From: Chiloscyllium plagiosum
Lineage: Eukaryota
Assembly: GCF_004010195.1 (NCBI RefSeq)
Contig: NC_057720.1
Coordinates: 31,538,831 to 31,602,830 of the forward strand
Direction of reading: 5' to 3'
DNA: 64,000 nt
The position numbers and the translations under genes were made by a program. This document shows, in pieces, positions 25,404-37,340 of this stretch (positions are counted from its first letter, which is position 1; each line of letters begins with the position of its first letter). The notes under the pieces are model-generated. The model was not told where the DNA came from. It ran no database searches and worked only from the letters and a program-made list of their open reading frames with translations.

Positions 25404-26134
25404 TGTGGGATATAGGTAAAGCAGTGTTACTTCTGCAATCATAATTGTTTATGCAAGGTAAATGAACTCACACCAGTGTATAATTGTTTCAGCCAAGAGC
25501 TGTTCACAAGAATGAAAACTACGTGAAAAAAATATATAATTACTTTTGCATTAGCTAAAATGTGCATACAAGAATGAAATGTGCCTACAAACAATGGTAG
25601 ATGTTACAGACAAATAGATAAGGTGCTGTGAGGGGAAAGGGTATAGGTTAAGCTAGATATGCCTGTACAAACAGTTACAAGCATCTGTTCCCCGGTTCTG
25701 CAAAACAAACAAAAAGGACCACCATTAAGAGGTCATAAAGCTCGGTGAAGAAGGATAAAAGGAAATATTGCTTTGGTAAGCACGAAAACAGATGGCAGTG
25801 AAGAAGGATAAATAACAATAAGAACACAGAGGGAGATGGTCAAATGGCCTTGTGAGGCCAGAGATAAGCATTTTGTCACAGACAGGGCCTGATGAGTTCA
25901 TAGATAAACAGCCGGGTTTAGATTAGAAACAGGTGTAAACAGGGGAGGAGCAATGGGGGGAGAAGAGAAACAAATTACATAAATATTATGTACTCGTTAA
26001 ATTCAGTGTGTGTGTGTGTGCCTTGTGGACAGTGGACACCACATCTCCCTTGCAAGACTGTAATAAACGATACTACTGATTCAGATCTTGTCTTGGACTG
26101 AAATTATTGAAGTGAGTGAGCTTTGTTTCTCACA
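25404..26134 (+). repeat. ERV 3' LTR (731 bp)
   Basis: TGTGGGAT...TCTCACA, direct repeat of the 5' LTR, followed by TSD CCCT. Confidence 0.95.
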
Positions 26135-26565
26135 CCCTCCCAATCTGCCGAGGACATGCAGGTCCAGGACCGCCTCCGATGCCACTCCCTCACCACCTGA
26201 TGCCTGGAGGAAGAACGCCTCATCTTCCGCCTCGGAACCTTCCAACCCCAGGGCATCAGTGTTAATTTTACCATTTTCCTCATTTCCCCTTACCCCAGTT
26301 CCAACTTGCCAGCTCAGCTCCATCCTCATGACCTGTCCATCTTCCTTTCCACCTATCTACTCCACCCTCCCCTCTGACCTGTCACCTTTACCCCTTCCTC
26401 CAGCCACCTATTGCACTCTTAGCTACCTTCTCCCCACCCCCGAGACTCCCAGCCTCATTCCTAATGAAGGGCTCCAGCTAGAAACATCAATTTTCCTGCT
26501 CCTCGGATGCTGCCTGACCTGCTGTGCTTTTCCAGCACCATTTTAATCCTGACCTCTGATCTTAT
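26135..26565 (+). mobile_element. Penelope-like element, right half with pLTR
   Basis: Continues the element broken at 20890 (LEEERLIFRLGT motif); ends in the family A pLTR with a degenerate hammerhead (CTAATGA...GAAAC near 26461-26485). Confidence 0.75.
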
Positions 26566-26589
26566 CCATCCCGGTACCTCCACATCGTC

Positions 26590-26867
26590 GATTGCCCCTC
26601 ATAAACATGGCACCAGACACCACTGTCGCCTCTCATCAAAATATCCCCAACGCCACCAAGTAACCTGGTTGCCCCTCACAAACATGTCGCAAGACCAACG
26701 TCCACCCTTCCCAAAAATGGCGCTAATGCTGCCCAACACCTGCCCCTCACAAAGATGGCCCCATATTCACTTGTTGAAATGTCATACACGGGGAGTTCTC
26801 GCGAGACGTGGAACCGACTTATGGCCCAGAAATCTTTGCGTTTCCTCTTTCCCCTCGGTGCTTGGAA
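26590..26867 (+). promoter_or_regulatory. RPS8: RPS8 promoter, 5'TOP start and 5' UTR
   Basis: Pyrimidine tract TTTCCTCTTTCCCCTC at 26841-26856 (TCT/TOP initiator); perfect TCTCGCGAGA (BANP/ZBTB33-type motif) at 26797-26806; YY1-like AAAATGGCG (26714-26722) and AAGATGGCC (26752-26760). Confidence 0.8.
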
Positions 26868-26871
26868 ATGG
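26868..26871 (+). CDS. RPS8: 40S ribosomal protein S8 (eS8), exon 1 coding part (ATG G)
   Basis: ATGG followed by donor GTAGGT at 26872; phase 1 joins exon 2 to give MGISR. Confidence 0.85.
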
Positions 26872-27839
26872 GTAGGTTGAGGCTTTCAGTTTATTGATAG
26901 TGGAATCCGAATCCATCCACAACTAGATCCATTTGTACTCGGCAAAATCTCTCAAATTTGAATGCAGTCAATACAGACATGAGGATGTAATGTGCCTGTG
27001 CCGACTGCTAGGGGTGATTCTGGTAGTATTTTAATGTTTTAACGTGGGACTGTTAGAGAGATCCGACATGGCGGCGTTAGGCTCTATCTGCAAACAGAGA
27101 GGGGAGCTTATAGCAGCCGCGTGGAAATCTGACAATACTCCTCACTACCTCCCTTACACAGGCAGAAAACCTTGGCCGAAAGGCAAACCCAGCGGCCTGA
27201 ATATTGGCAAGCGAAGGAGGGACGACAGGAGGCTGCAGCACTTAGACTGAGGCTCTGTTGTTCCATAAGTAATTGCCCTGTAGACATAGTTAACAATTTC
27301 CGTTTATGATTTTGCCTCTGAACCTATTTCATTAGAGATCGATTGTCAATGTAAAGTGATGCCCCAAGCCAGAAGTTGCATTTGAACACAGTAAAATGTG
27401 ATCCACGTCCAACAGGTTGTCTGTGCTGCACTTTAGAAACTTTGTGAATTACGATTTATTTTGCATCACTATTGATCATTTTCTTCACAAAATAGTTTGA
27501 TATTTCATCTGTTTTGCAGAGCAGTTAAAGTGCATACCAATTTCTGTCAACAAGTTTTATTACTTGGTATCTGACTTGGTGGTATTACAATTTTATTATA
27601 AAGGTTGTAGTCCATAATTAATCAAATGTAAATAAAGGAACTCATTATAGTCATAGAGATGTACAGCACAGAAACAAGCCCTTCAGTCCAACTAGTTCAT
27701 GCCGACCAGCTATTCCAACCTAACCTAGTCCCATTTGCCAGCACTTGGCCCATATCCCTCTGAACCCTTCCTATTATATTTGATACTATTGAGGTTTTTT
27801 TGGGGGGACTTACCTTAGCTAAGTATATCAGCAGGTAGC

Positions 27840-28700
27840 AACTAGTGGGGTACTGAAGGGATCAATGCTAGGACTCCAGCTGTTCAAAACATACATTAGA
27901 GATTTAAATGAGGGCAGTCAATGTAATATCTCCAAATTTGTACATGACACAAAGTTGAACAAGAGGGTGAGTTGTGAGGACGATGCAGAAATGTTTGTGA
28001 GATTTGGACAAGGTGAGTTGAGTAGACAGTGCAAAATACTATGGATTTATGTGAGGATATCCATTTTGGGAGTGAAAACAGGGAGGTACATTATCATCTG
28101 AATGGCTATAAATTGAGGGAAGGAAATGTGCACTGAGGCCTGTCTTTGTACACTGATTATTGAAGATAAACATGCAGATATAGCTGGTAGTCAAGACGGC
28201 AAATGGTATGATGCCCTTCATACTGAAAGGATTTTAGTACAGTGACAGGGATATCTTTCTGCAATTATATAGAGCCTTGGCAAGGAAAGGTTAAATCAGG
28301 CAGGAGTTCACTCATTCATTAGAGTTGAGAAGTATGAGGGAGATCTCAGAAAACTAAAATTATAGCAGGACTGGACAGGTAGATGCAAGAAGGATATTCC
28401 AGAAGCTGGGGAAGTCCTGAACCAGGGCTCACAATCCATCAATAAAGAGTAGACTATTTCAGACTGAAATGTGGAGAAACCTCTTCACCAAAAGTGTGGT
28501 GAATCTGGAGTTTGCTACCACAGAAAACAGTTGAGACCAAAGCACATGATTTCACGCATGTGTTGGATATAGCATCTGGGGCTAAAGACATCAAAGGATA
28601 TGGGGGAAAAGGTGGAAATGGGCTTATTGAGTTGTGTTCAGCCCAAGATCGTAATGACAGCAGGGCATACTTGAAGGTTCAAATGGCCTGCTTCTATTTT
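27840..28700 (+). mobile_element. Decayed CR1-clade LINE in RPS8 intron 1
   Basis: GSMLGLQLFKTYIRDL...ISKFVHDTKL (degenerate FADDTKL) and downstream CR1 motifs. Confidence 0.7.
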
Positions 28701-28764
28701 CTGTTTTGCTCTTTGTAATTTTTATTGATTACATAAGAGCTTCTAAAAACTCATTTCTTTATAG

Positions 28765-28871
28765 GTATTTCCCGGAACAATTGGCACAAGCGTCGCAAGA
28801 CCGGGGGCAAAAGGAAGCCATATCATAAAAAAAGAAAATATGAACTTGGTCGTCCTCCTGCAAATACAAAG
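28765..28871 (+). CDS. RPS8: RPS8 exon 2
   Basis: AG/GT bounded, 107 nt; (G)[35 protein letters not shown]. Confidence 0.97.
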
Positions 28872-28951
28872 GTATGAGAAATAGAACCGGTTTAGAGTCT
28901 GTTCACATTTATATTAGAATTGATATCGATGCAGTTTGTTTATTATTTTCT

Positions 28952-29066
28952 GGCAGTGTAAATGATGAAAATATGACTCTTTGGATAGGTGGGTTGTTTT
29001 GACTGTTCTGGTCATATTTAGATCCGCCAATGGTATTCCTGTCATAGTTACACTGACTATACTGCC
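28952..29066 (+). ncRNA. SNORD46: C/D box snoRNA SNORD46 (U46/U40) homolog
   Basis: C box ATGATGA 28962-28968; D box CTGA 29053-29056 preceded by guide TGTCATAGTTACA (complementary to 28S GUAACUAUGAC); terminal stem GGCAGTGTA/TATACTGCC; RPS8 intron 2 as in human. Confidence 0.9.
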
Positions 29067-29720
29067 TGTCTAATTTCTTTCTTTCCTCGTGTCGGGTATG
29101 ATAGGATTATTTAAAATACCTTTTTCCATGTCAGTTGAACTTCATATGTGTTTCAGAAAGCTCAAGTAAGGAGTATGGCAATGCAGTAACTTACATTAGG
29201 GGTAAAATCTATTCGCGGTATGCTTTTCCACTATAGGTTGACCCAGTAAATTTTGAAATTAGAGATGTTAACCCTATTGTAAATGTAGTTTGACATTCTG
29301 CATGGTATATGGTGGCTGTGCAAGCAAGGTGCATGTGATAACCATGGAAAATGCTGGAGAAGCACAGATGTAGCAGTGGAGAGAAAAACAATGTTTCAAG
29401 TCCAGTATGATTCCTCAGAAGTTTGTAGATCTGAAGAAGAGTCATACCAGACTCAAAGCATTAACTGTTTATTTCTCCGCTGATGCTGCTAAATCAGCTG
29501 AGTTTCTCTAACATTTTCGATTTCTGTTTCAAATTTCCACATTCACAGTATTTTACTTTAATGCAAGGGTGTATCTTGTTCCCACAAAATCAGACTTCCC
29601 TGATATTAGTGGCAGTTTAGTTTTGATTTTACACTGTTGATAATGGCTGATATTTGAAGTTTTCAGAGCGTTTGGTGGAAGTTTTCAGAGCGTTTGGTGA
29701 TATTTTTCACTTACCTGTAG

Positions 29721-30199
<479 letters not shown>

Positions 30200-31449
30200 T
30201 AGGATATAAAGCAGATATTACAGAATTTTTAAAAATGATTTTGTGCTGCTTGCATGTCCATTGCACGGTAACTGCCAGGCAGGGTGGCAACATAGTGTTC
30301 AAACAGCGCACAGAGCTTTTAAAGGAGAACTCTCATAAAGGAAAATACATACAAAGTAAATTGCTCATATGTCCAGATCACATGATTGCCAGCCATCACT
30401 AGTGATGTCTGGCTTTCCTGTTTGTATTGTAAAGTATCTCTGTCGTGAACTGCAGTTGCTTTTCTAGAATTTGCTTGAAATACTGCAGCGGTCCCAAGTG
30501 GTTCAAATCTTTTGGTCTTTAAAGAGCTTCCAACTCACTTTGGAACTTCTGCTTTTACATCGTGAATTCTTTTAAATCTATCAAGGTTTTAGCCAGCTGT
30601 TAGTTCAGTCTATTTTTCCATTCATAAGCTGCTCTAGTAACTCCAGCCTCTTCCTTTTTTCTTGTTTACTTTGAAGCTTGATCCTTTCCATATATTGGTT
30701 CAGTGGCTATTTGGTTTCCTCTGTCCTGCTTCAGTACTTTCACTAGAACATCATTAATTTCTGAAAGGACTATTTCCATTGTGTATCTCCATGTATTTTT
30801 GCAGGTCTGTCATTTGCTGCAGTGTTGCTTTGAGCTTACACTGCTGTGTTGGTAGCTGCTCCCGCTGAGCCTGATCTGTCTTACATGTGAGTGGCTCCAG
30901 ATCATCTTGCAGCCCAGCAATGTTTTCGCTGAATTGATGGTACAGAGCTTACAGTTCAAATTGCTCCCTTTGTTTTTTTGTCAGCTATCCATTCATCTTT
31001 ATGAAATGAGAAAAGATTTCCCCTTAAGATGTTATCATGTCAAACGTGACATTCTGAAGTTTGGATTTACCCTGAGGCAATTATTCAGCCTTTTCCTCTT
31101 CAATTTTCTCACCCCTCAGGAGTGAACATAGAAAAGTACAGCAGAGAACAGGCCTTTTGGTCCACTGTGTTTTGCTGCGGATTAATCCTAACGTAAAATA
31201 AAATAACAACCTCGACTCCCCTCAATTCACTGCTGTCCATGTGCATGTTCAGCAATTGCTTAACTTAAAACTGAAAACTCTGCTTCCATCACCTCCACTG
31301 GCAACGCATTCCATGCATTCACAACTCTCTACGTAAAGAGCCTACCTCTGACATCTCCTCTATACCTTTCTCCTAATATCTTAAAACTGAGTGAGCTGAG
31401 ATTTTGGCTCCCCTAATTCAGAAAAAGAAAGTGAATTGTTCTGTTCTTT

Positions 31450-32650
31450 CGTATTAATTTCTGTTGATATTTCATGAATAGTTTGCAGTTTTTGTTGTGT
31501 GTCTGACTGATTCCATCCATTGCGACTAGTGTAGGGCCATGTATGTTTGTAAACCAGCAATATGACAAAGAACATGTGCAAAATCCAGGCAGATTAGTTG
31601 TACTTGCTCTCTGGTATTCTTGATCTTCCATGAGGAAGTCGTGAACCATTGTATGCCAGAAGTTTTGCATTCCTAAGTTTTGTCGTGCCTTCCCAGATCA
31701 AAAATGCATCTTTTTAGAATTCCAGGGTTATATATTGACACTTGCCCCTCTATCAATCTTGACCAATATTGATTTATCCTCAGGTGGTTTGATTTGTGTA
31801 AACGTCTGGTGAGATGGCACTCATGTTTCCATGTGAATGACAGTGAGAAACACCCTTCATCAGTCTGTTGTGTGTATTGTCAAGATCCTGGTTTGTTGGT
31901 CACCTCTATGTATTGCCTTTGGTGTGATGGTTTGTATTGTGGTTTAAAGGTACTCCTTGTGTGGTGTGTTGAAACATTGCACTGCTTTCTGTAGCTGCAC
32001 TATCCTTTGCTCTAGTGCACTGCCTCTGCCAATATCCCTTTCTACCACATGCTTTGCAAATTGTTTGAAATCTGGCGTCCACATCTTTCACATATCTTGC
32101 TGTGTTTGGGTGTTGTCATTATGACTACTGCTGTGTTTAGCTGTGAGGATCACTTTGTACTTTGTCCGTGCTATAATAACTTTTCAGTGTTTTAATTCTG
32201 TGGTTTGATTAGCACACCTTTCTGGAAAGCTTCCGTAGAGTGGATTCAATCACTAAATCAAAATTTCTATTTGATAGATCCCTGTCTAAAGCATTGCAAT
32301 GAGCCCTTTACTCTGAATCTGCTCACAGTGGCATATGGATCTGTCTAAATGATGTGAATTTAGTTGAAGAATATGGAAGTTAAATCAATTATGCATTTGT
32401 TTTCTAATGTCGTCCGTAACATTTGGAGGTCTTTTTAGCTCATAATCTTTATATTCTGCAAACATTTGTTCCCGATTGGTAGACAAATTTTAATGGCTCG
32501 CTTTTCTGTATCAGACATGTTCACATTTAAAAATTATAGCTCTGAATGCTATTTAAATATTTTTTAAAATTTTTCAGCGGTCCGATTCTCTGAATTTAAA
32601 CTCTGAAATTTTCTGGCCATTCTAATGATATGCCTTCGACATTCTGAACA
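31450..32650 (-). mobile_element. Highly decayed Gypsy-type gag-pro remnant in RPS8 intron 4
   Basis: Minus strand CKACGRKGYWQRQC (degenerate CCHC, near 32015-32060) followed by VKIDRGASVNI (degenerate DTGA protease site, near 31735-31765); limits approximate. Confidence 0.55.
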
Positions 32651-33004
32651 GCGCCTCATCCTATCCCTGTGACGCCTCATTTCCCATGGTTAAATCCATC
32701 CAACCTGCACACCCTTGGACACAACTGGGTAATTTAGTATGGCCAACCCATCTAAGTTGCCCATCTTTGGACTTGCTTGCTTGCGACCATACACACATCT
32801 TGATGGCTTGCCTTTCTCAAGTCCGTTAAACAGGTCACTTGATAGGCATTTGACTGCTCACCAACAAACTTTTTTTCAATATTTTGGAATTAACAAAAGC
32901 ATTGTGATTAAGTTGCGCACTTCAGTAAAGGATATAAGACTATGTGTGCTTCCTGTGGATTCATTTCAGGCTTGATAGACCTCAATTGGCATAATGTTTT
33001 CTGT

Positions 33005-33229
33005 GCTGAAAATGTGTTGCTGGAAAAGCGCAGCGGGTCAGGCAGCATCCAAGGAGCAGGAGAATCGACGTTTCGGGCATGAGCCCTTCTTCAGGAATGG
33101 ATTCCTGAAGGGCTCATGCCCGAAATGTCGATTCTCCTGCTCCTTGGATGCCGCCTGACCTGCTGCGCTTTTCTAGCAACACATTTTCAGCTCTGATCTC
33201 CAGCATCTGCAGTCCTCACTTTCTCCTCG
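33005..33229. mobile_element. Fold-back Penelope-LTR short element (family A) with intact hammerhead motif
   Basis: 14-bp direct repeat ATAATGTTTTCTGT at 32991-33004 and 33230-33243; inverted arms; minus-strand ATTC-CTGAAGA-A-GGGC-TCAT-GCCC-GAAA-CG-TC-GATT at 33063-33098. Confidence 0.8.
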
Positions 33230-35098
33230 ATAATGTTTTCTGTCACCAATACATTTTAATGGTCTAATCAGTCACTCTCAGGGATTGATTAACTCAATGT
33301 GTTTATTTATTTGAAACAACAATATGTAAATAATGTAGCCAACATCTCAGCAACCAACTGACCTCTTTTGTGCAGCTTTCCGAACCCAAAGCAGACAGAA
33401 TCGCAACATTGCAAATATGTATCCAATAAGAAAATTCCTCAAATGTGATTTCTCGTAAAGACAAAGTACACGTGCAATAGTTTGAGGAGCACCTGTTTTG
33501 ATTGAATTAAACAACTACAACATTCATTTCTATTCTGTAAGGCTAGGCACATGTGCTGCCAATATCTTCTCCACAACCTAAAATCTAAAGTATCAGAAAC
33601 ACTCCACAAACCGGGCAGCTTCTGTGGAGAGAGAAAGCAAGGTTGGGACCATTCATCAGAACTCTGATATTGCAGATAAAGTACATTACAACAATTTCAG
33701 AGAAGTTGTAGATAAAGGGAAGAATAGGATAATTCAGTTAGAAAACAATGGCACAAGGCAAAGGGCCCTGATATGGGACCCCTTTTCTAACTGCCAGGTT
33801 TTTTCCTGTGTGACAAAAACTCTGTGACCATTTACACCTCTCTGAAGTAATGTTTTTTTTCTCTCTGATCCTGTTTAATCATACCAGCCAACATAGATCT
33901 CTATCTTGTTGTTTTGCTTTTCCATTTCCACTTGCTCTAAAAATGTAATCCTTTTTAGTAACGATGCTCTGTTTTCAGCAATTCTCCTTTTGATTTCCAG
34001 TTTCTTGCAACCCAGTGTTTGCTTTTATTCTTTGTAGTACGGTACCTGCTGGGGGTTTTGGTAGTTCGGTTTTCAGCAAACCTTGACACTTAGTATATAA
34101 ATGCCTATGTCCATTGCTTCCTTTGAAAATTGTCATTCTATGTTCGGTAAAAATGTTAATACAAACAGTGCTTCAATCAGATGTTACATATTAACTGCGC
34201 CTCCTGCAGTCTTCTCTAATTATATTTTCTTTAAAGCAGCAGTTTTAACCAGCAACTGTAGAGCTAGGTAATTTTCAAATTGTTTTGAATGAACAGATAA
34301 ACTTTTCAGCCAGATTGTCTGAAAAATAACTATTTGCCGTTAGCAGATGAATGCCAAGGGGAAACCACGAACAATGTTTAAATGTAGCATCTCCCTTAGT
34401 AAATGTAAAATATTTTGTGGTTTTCAGTTTATCCCTTAATCTCTTCTGAAAGGGATCTCTGAAATCAAATCTTGTGTGATTGTAGTATAGAATGAATATT
34501 GGTCTCATTAAGGAAGGATGTAAATGCTTTGCAACCAAATTAGGGAAGGTTTACTGGACTGATACCAGGACATGTCGGTTGTCTTATGAGAAATGGTTGG
34601 ACTGACTATCCATTGGAGTTTTGAAGAGTAAGAGGAATTTGTTTGAATCTTGTTAGATCCTTAGGGTGGATCTAGGGTTAGAGGTCTCTGTTTAAAAATA
34701 AGGAGTCACTCACTTATTTCCGGATGAAATTGAATTTTTGAGGGTTGTTAATCTTTGGAGCTCTGCTGCACTGCCATTTGAGGGAAAGCGTTTTTGATTA
34801 TTTTTAAGGAAACTGTTGGTAAGCAATGGGGTGCAAGGTTATTGGGCAAGATGGGAATGTGGAGTTGATCAATCTGATTAACTACGGTCTAATTGAATGC
34901 CGGAGCTGGCCTGAAGGACTTACTCCTGTTCCTAACTAGTTTGTATGTAAAACATGATCATAAATTCTGAAATCGTGCTACACAACCTGGTGTTTAGTAC
35001 GTTAGACCAATTCATGGCTCATACTGTCGACTGAGTTGAGATTTTCTAGATTTTTAAAAACATTTTCCTTGTAATATAAGATACCACTTCTGTTTTAG

Positions 35099-35228
35099 AC
35101 CCCTGAAGAAGAAGAAATTTTGAACAAGAAGAGGTCAAAGAAAATTCAGAAGAAATACGAGGATCGCAGAAAAAATGCAAAAATCAGCCCGCTGCTTGAA
35201 GAGCAATTCCAACAGGGTAAACTGCTCG
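35099..35228 (+). CDS. RPS8: RPS8 exon 5
   Basis: AG/GT bounded, 130 nt; [43 protein letters not shown]. Confidence 0.97.
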
Positions 35229-35724
35229 GTATGTATAAAGATCCTGTTATTTATACTTAATTCTTTGTGGAGAAGTTCCTGAGTTTTAGAAAGATCCTGA
35301 AATGTGATTGTTCTCTAAAACAAAGAACTGCAGAGGCTAAAGATCTGAAACTAAAACAGGTCATGTTAACTCTGCCTTCTTTCCATGCTGCCAGCAATTT
35401 CTGTTATTGTTTCATGATCATTTGCTGGTGAATTTACTTGGCCTAATAAAAATAAGTGCACAAGGGTTTGTCTTAATATTGGCTGTTGAGACGTCCCTGG
35501 TTTGTTTTTATTGTAAGATTAGGTACTCCATGCCCAGTTAGTCACTCCCCTTTTGAGAAGAGCAATTGGGCGGTGATAAAATGTGACTTGAAAGTATGAA
35601 TGCACATTGTCAGATGAAAGCTGGTTTAAATTTGGCTGTTGTGTTGTGAAAATGTAGGCAATTACTTTAATAACTAGAGTGCAGTTAGGATCCTTGGTCT
35701 GTAACCAAAATGACCAATGGCTTC

Positions 35725-36075
35725 AGAGATTGACTGGTGATTTTTATAGAGGGGCATGAATAGACAAGGTCTTTATCGGAGAGTGGGTGAGTCTAAAACT
35801 AGAGACCATATGTTTAAGGTGAGAGGGGAAAGATTTATGATAACTTACGGGGTAATGTTTTAAAGCAGAGGGTGGTACGCATATGGAATGAGCTGCCAGA
35901 GGAGGTGGTGGAGGCTGGTACAATTACAGTATTTAAAAGGCATCTGGTGGTACATGAATAGGAAGCCTTTGGAGGGAGAGGAGCCAAGTGGGACTAGATT
36001 AATTTAGGATATCTGCTTGTCGTGCACAACTTGGACTTAAGGGTCTGTTTCCGTGCTGTACAAGTCTGAATCTAT
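35725..36075 (+). mobile_element. CR1 3' end in RPS8 intron 5
   Basis: KVRGERF..RGNVLKQRVVRIWNELPEEVVEAGTI and CR1 tail. Confidence 0.75.
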
Positions 36076-36604
36076 AATTAGATCTGTTAATTATGGGGTC
36101 TAAAAATGTTTGTTTTCTTTTATGCGTATTTCATTCATTATGCACCTTTTTGTATCTTGAGAAGTAGCTTAGATGAAAAAGGCTTGTATCGTCTATCGGA
36201 AGTCTCTTAAGTAGAAACGCAGTCTCTTGAGTAGAAGTCCTTGATGACTCCATGGACCACCTTGATTTTAATGCTGTAGTGACTTGGGGTTTGGATCCAA
36301 ACCTGACGCAAAATAGAGGCCATAGGCTTTATCTCTGATTTGATGTCAGGTCTTAGCAAGTAAATTTAAAAGTACGACAGATAGCCTCCTGGGTTAAGAA
36401 TGGGAGATCAAATTGGATGCAGTTTCAGTAATCGCTGTACTGTTCTGATTGATGTATCAGAATGGTATCAGTTGTTATAATTACCCAGCGTTACCCCACC
36501 TCTTTATATTTGAAAGGCTACTTGTGCATGGAAAAAAGATACCTGTTGTGTTATGTACCTAGTTCATTTTTGAATTGAAGTGGTCAGTCTGCTAAAAGGG
36601 GTGA

Positions 36605-36730
<126 letters not shown>

Positions 36731-36758
36731 GCATAATACTCTTAAGGAAAATGTGATT

Positions 36759-36764
36759 AATAAA
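36759..36764 (+). terminator. RPS8 polyadenylation signal
   Basis: AATAAA 28 nt after the stop codon, consistent with the short 3' UTRs of ribosomal protein mRNAs. Confidence 0.85.
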
Positions 36765-36949
36765 CAATTTCTCACCCAATCTTGTCGACTGTGCTAAAAG
36801 AATATGAAATGCAAATCCTTCTCCTTTGTGTGTGCAGTTTGTGACTCCTGGCTTAAATATCCCACTGCACGTATTTGTTTGTAAGTAATGTAGGATGAAA
36901 GCAGAAAGATGGGCAATAATGAAAGTAATTCAAGAACTCTGACTTGAAT

Positions 36950-37340
36950 TGATAGCCATGTACAGTACAGAAACAGACACTTAAGTCAAACTTGTCCATG
37001 CCAACCAGATGATCTACACTAATCTTGTTCCATTTGCCATCATCTGGCCCATATCCCTCTGAACCCTTCCTATTCATATACCTATCCAGACACCTTTTAA
37101 GTGCAATTGTACCAGCCTCTACAACTTCCTGTGGCAGCTCATTTCTTAGCCGCACCTTCCTCTGCATGAAAATGTTGCCCCCTGTAAATATTTCCCCTCA
37201 CCTTAAACGTATGCCCTCTAGTTTTAGACTCTCGTGCCTTGGGGGGGGGGGAGGAGGACCTTGACTATTCGCCCTATCTATGACAGTCATGTTTTATAAA
37301 CTTCTATAAGGTCACTCCCCACCCTCCCAATGATCCAGAG
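36950..37340 (-). mobile_element. CR1 3' end
   Basis: Minus-strand NELPQEVVEAGTI..LDRYMNRKG and CR1 tail. Confidence 0.75.

Larger units (their letters stand above)
20891..26134 (+). mobile_element. Class I (gamma/epsilon-like) endogenous retrovirus, internally deleted provirus, 5244 bp
   Basis: Two TG...CA LTRs, 4-bp TSD CCCT (20887-20890 and 26135-26138), PBS, PPT and gag/pro/IN/env remnants in the correct order. Confidence 0.95.

Noticed and set aside
26594..26760. Regularly spaced promoter repeats as a CRISPR-like array
   Set aside because: Units are short and degenerate, the context is a vertebrate Pol II promoter, and there are no cas-like genes.
34954..35034. C/D snoRNA candidate ATGATCA...CTGA about 65 nt before RPS8 exon 5
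   Set aside because: Position is favourable, but the C box lacks the terminal GA, and there is no terminal stem or recognisable guide.
35531..35610. Possible H/ACA snoRNA in RPS8 intron 5
   Set aside because: One hairpin and an ANANNA-like box exist, but the second hairpin is far too short.
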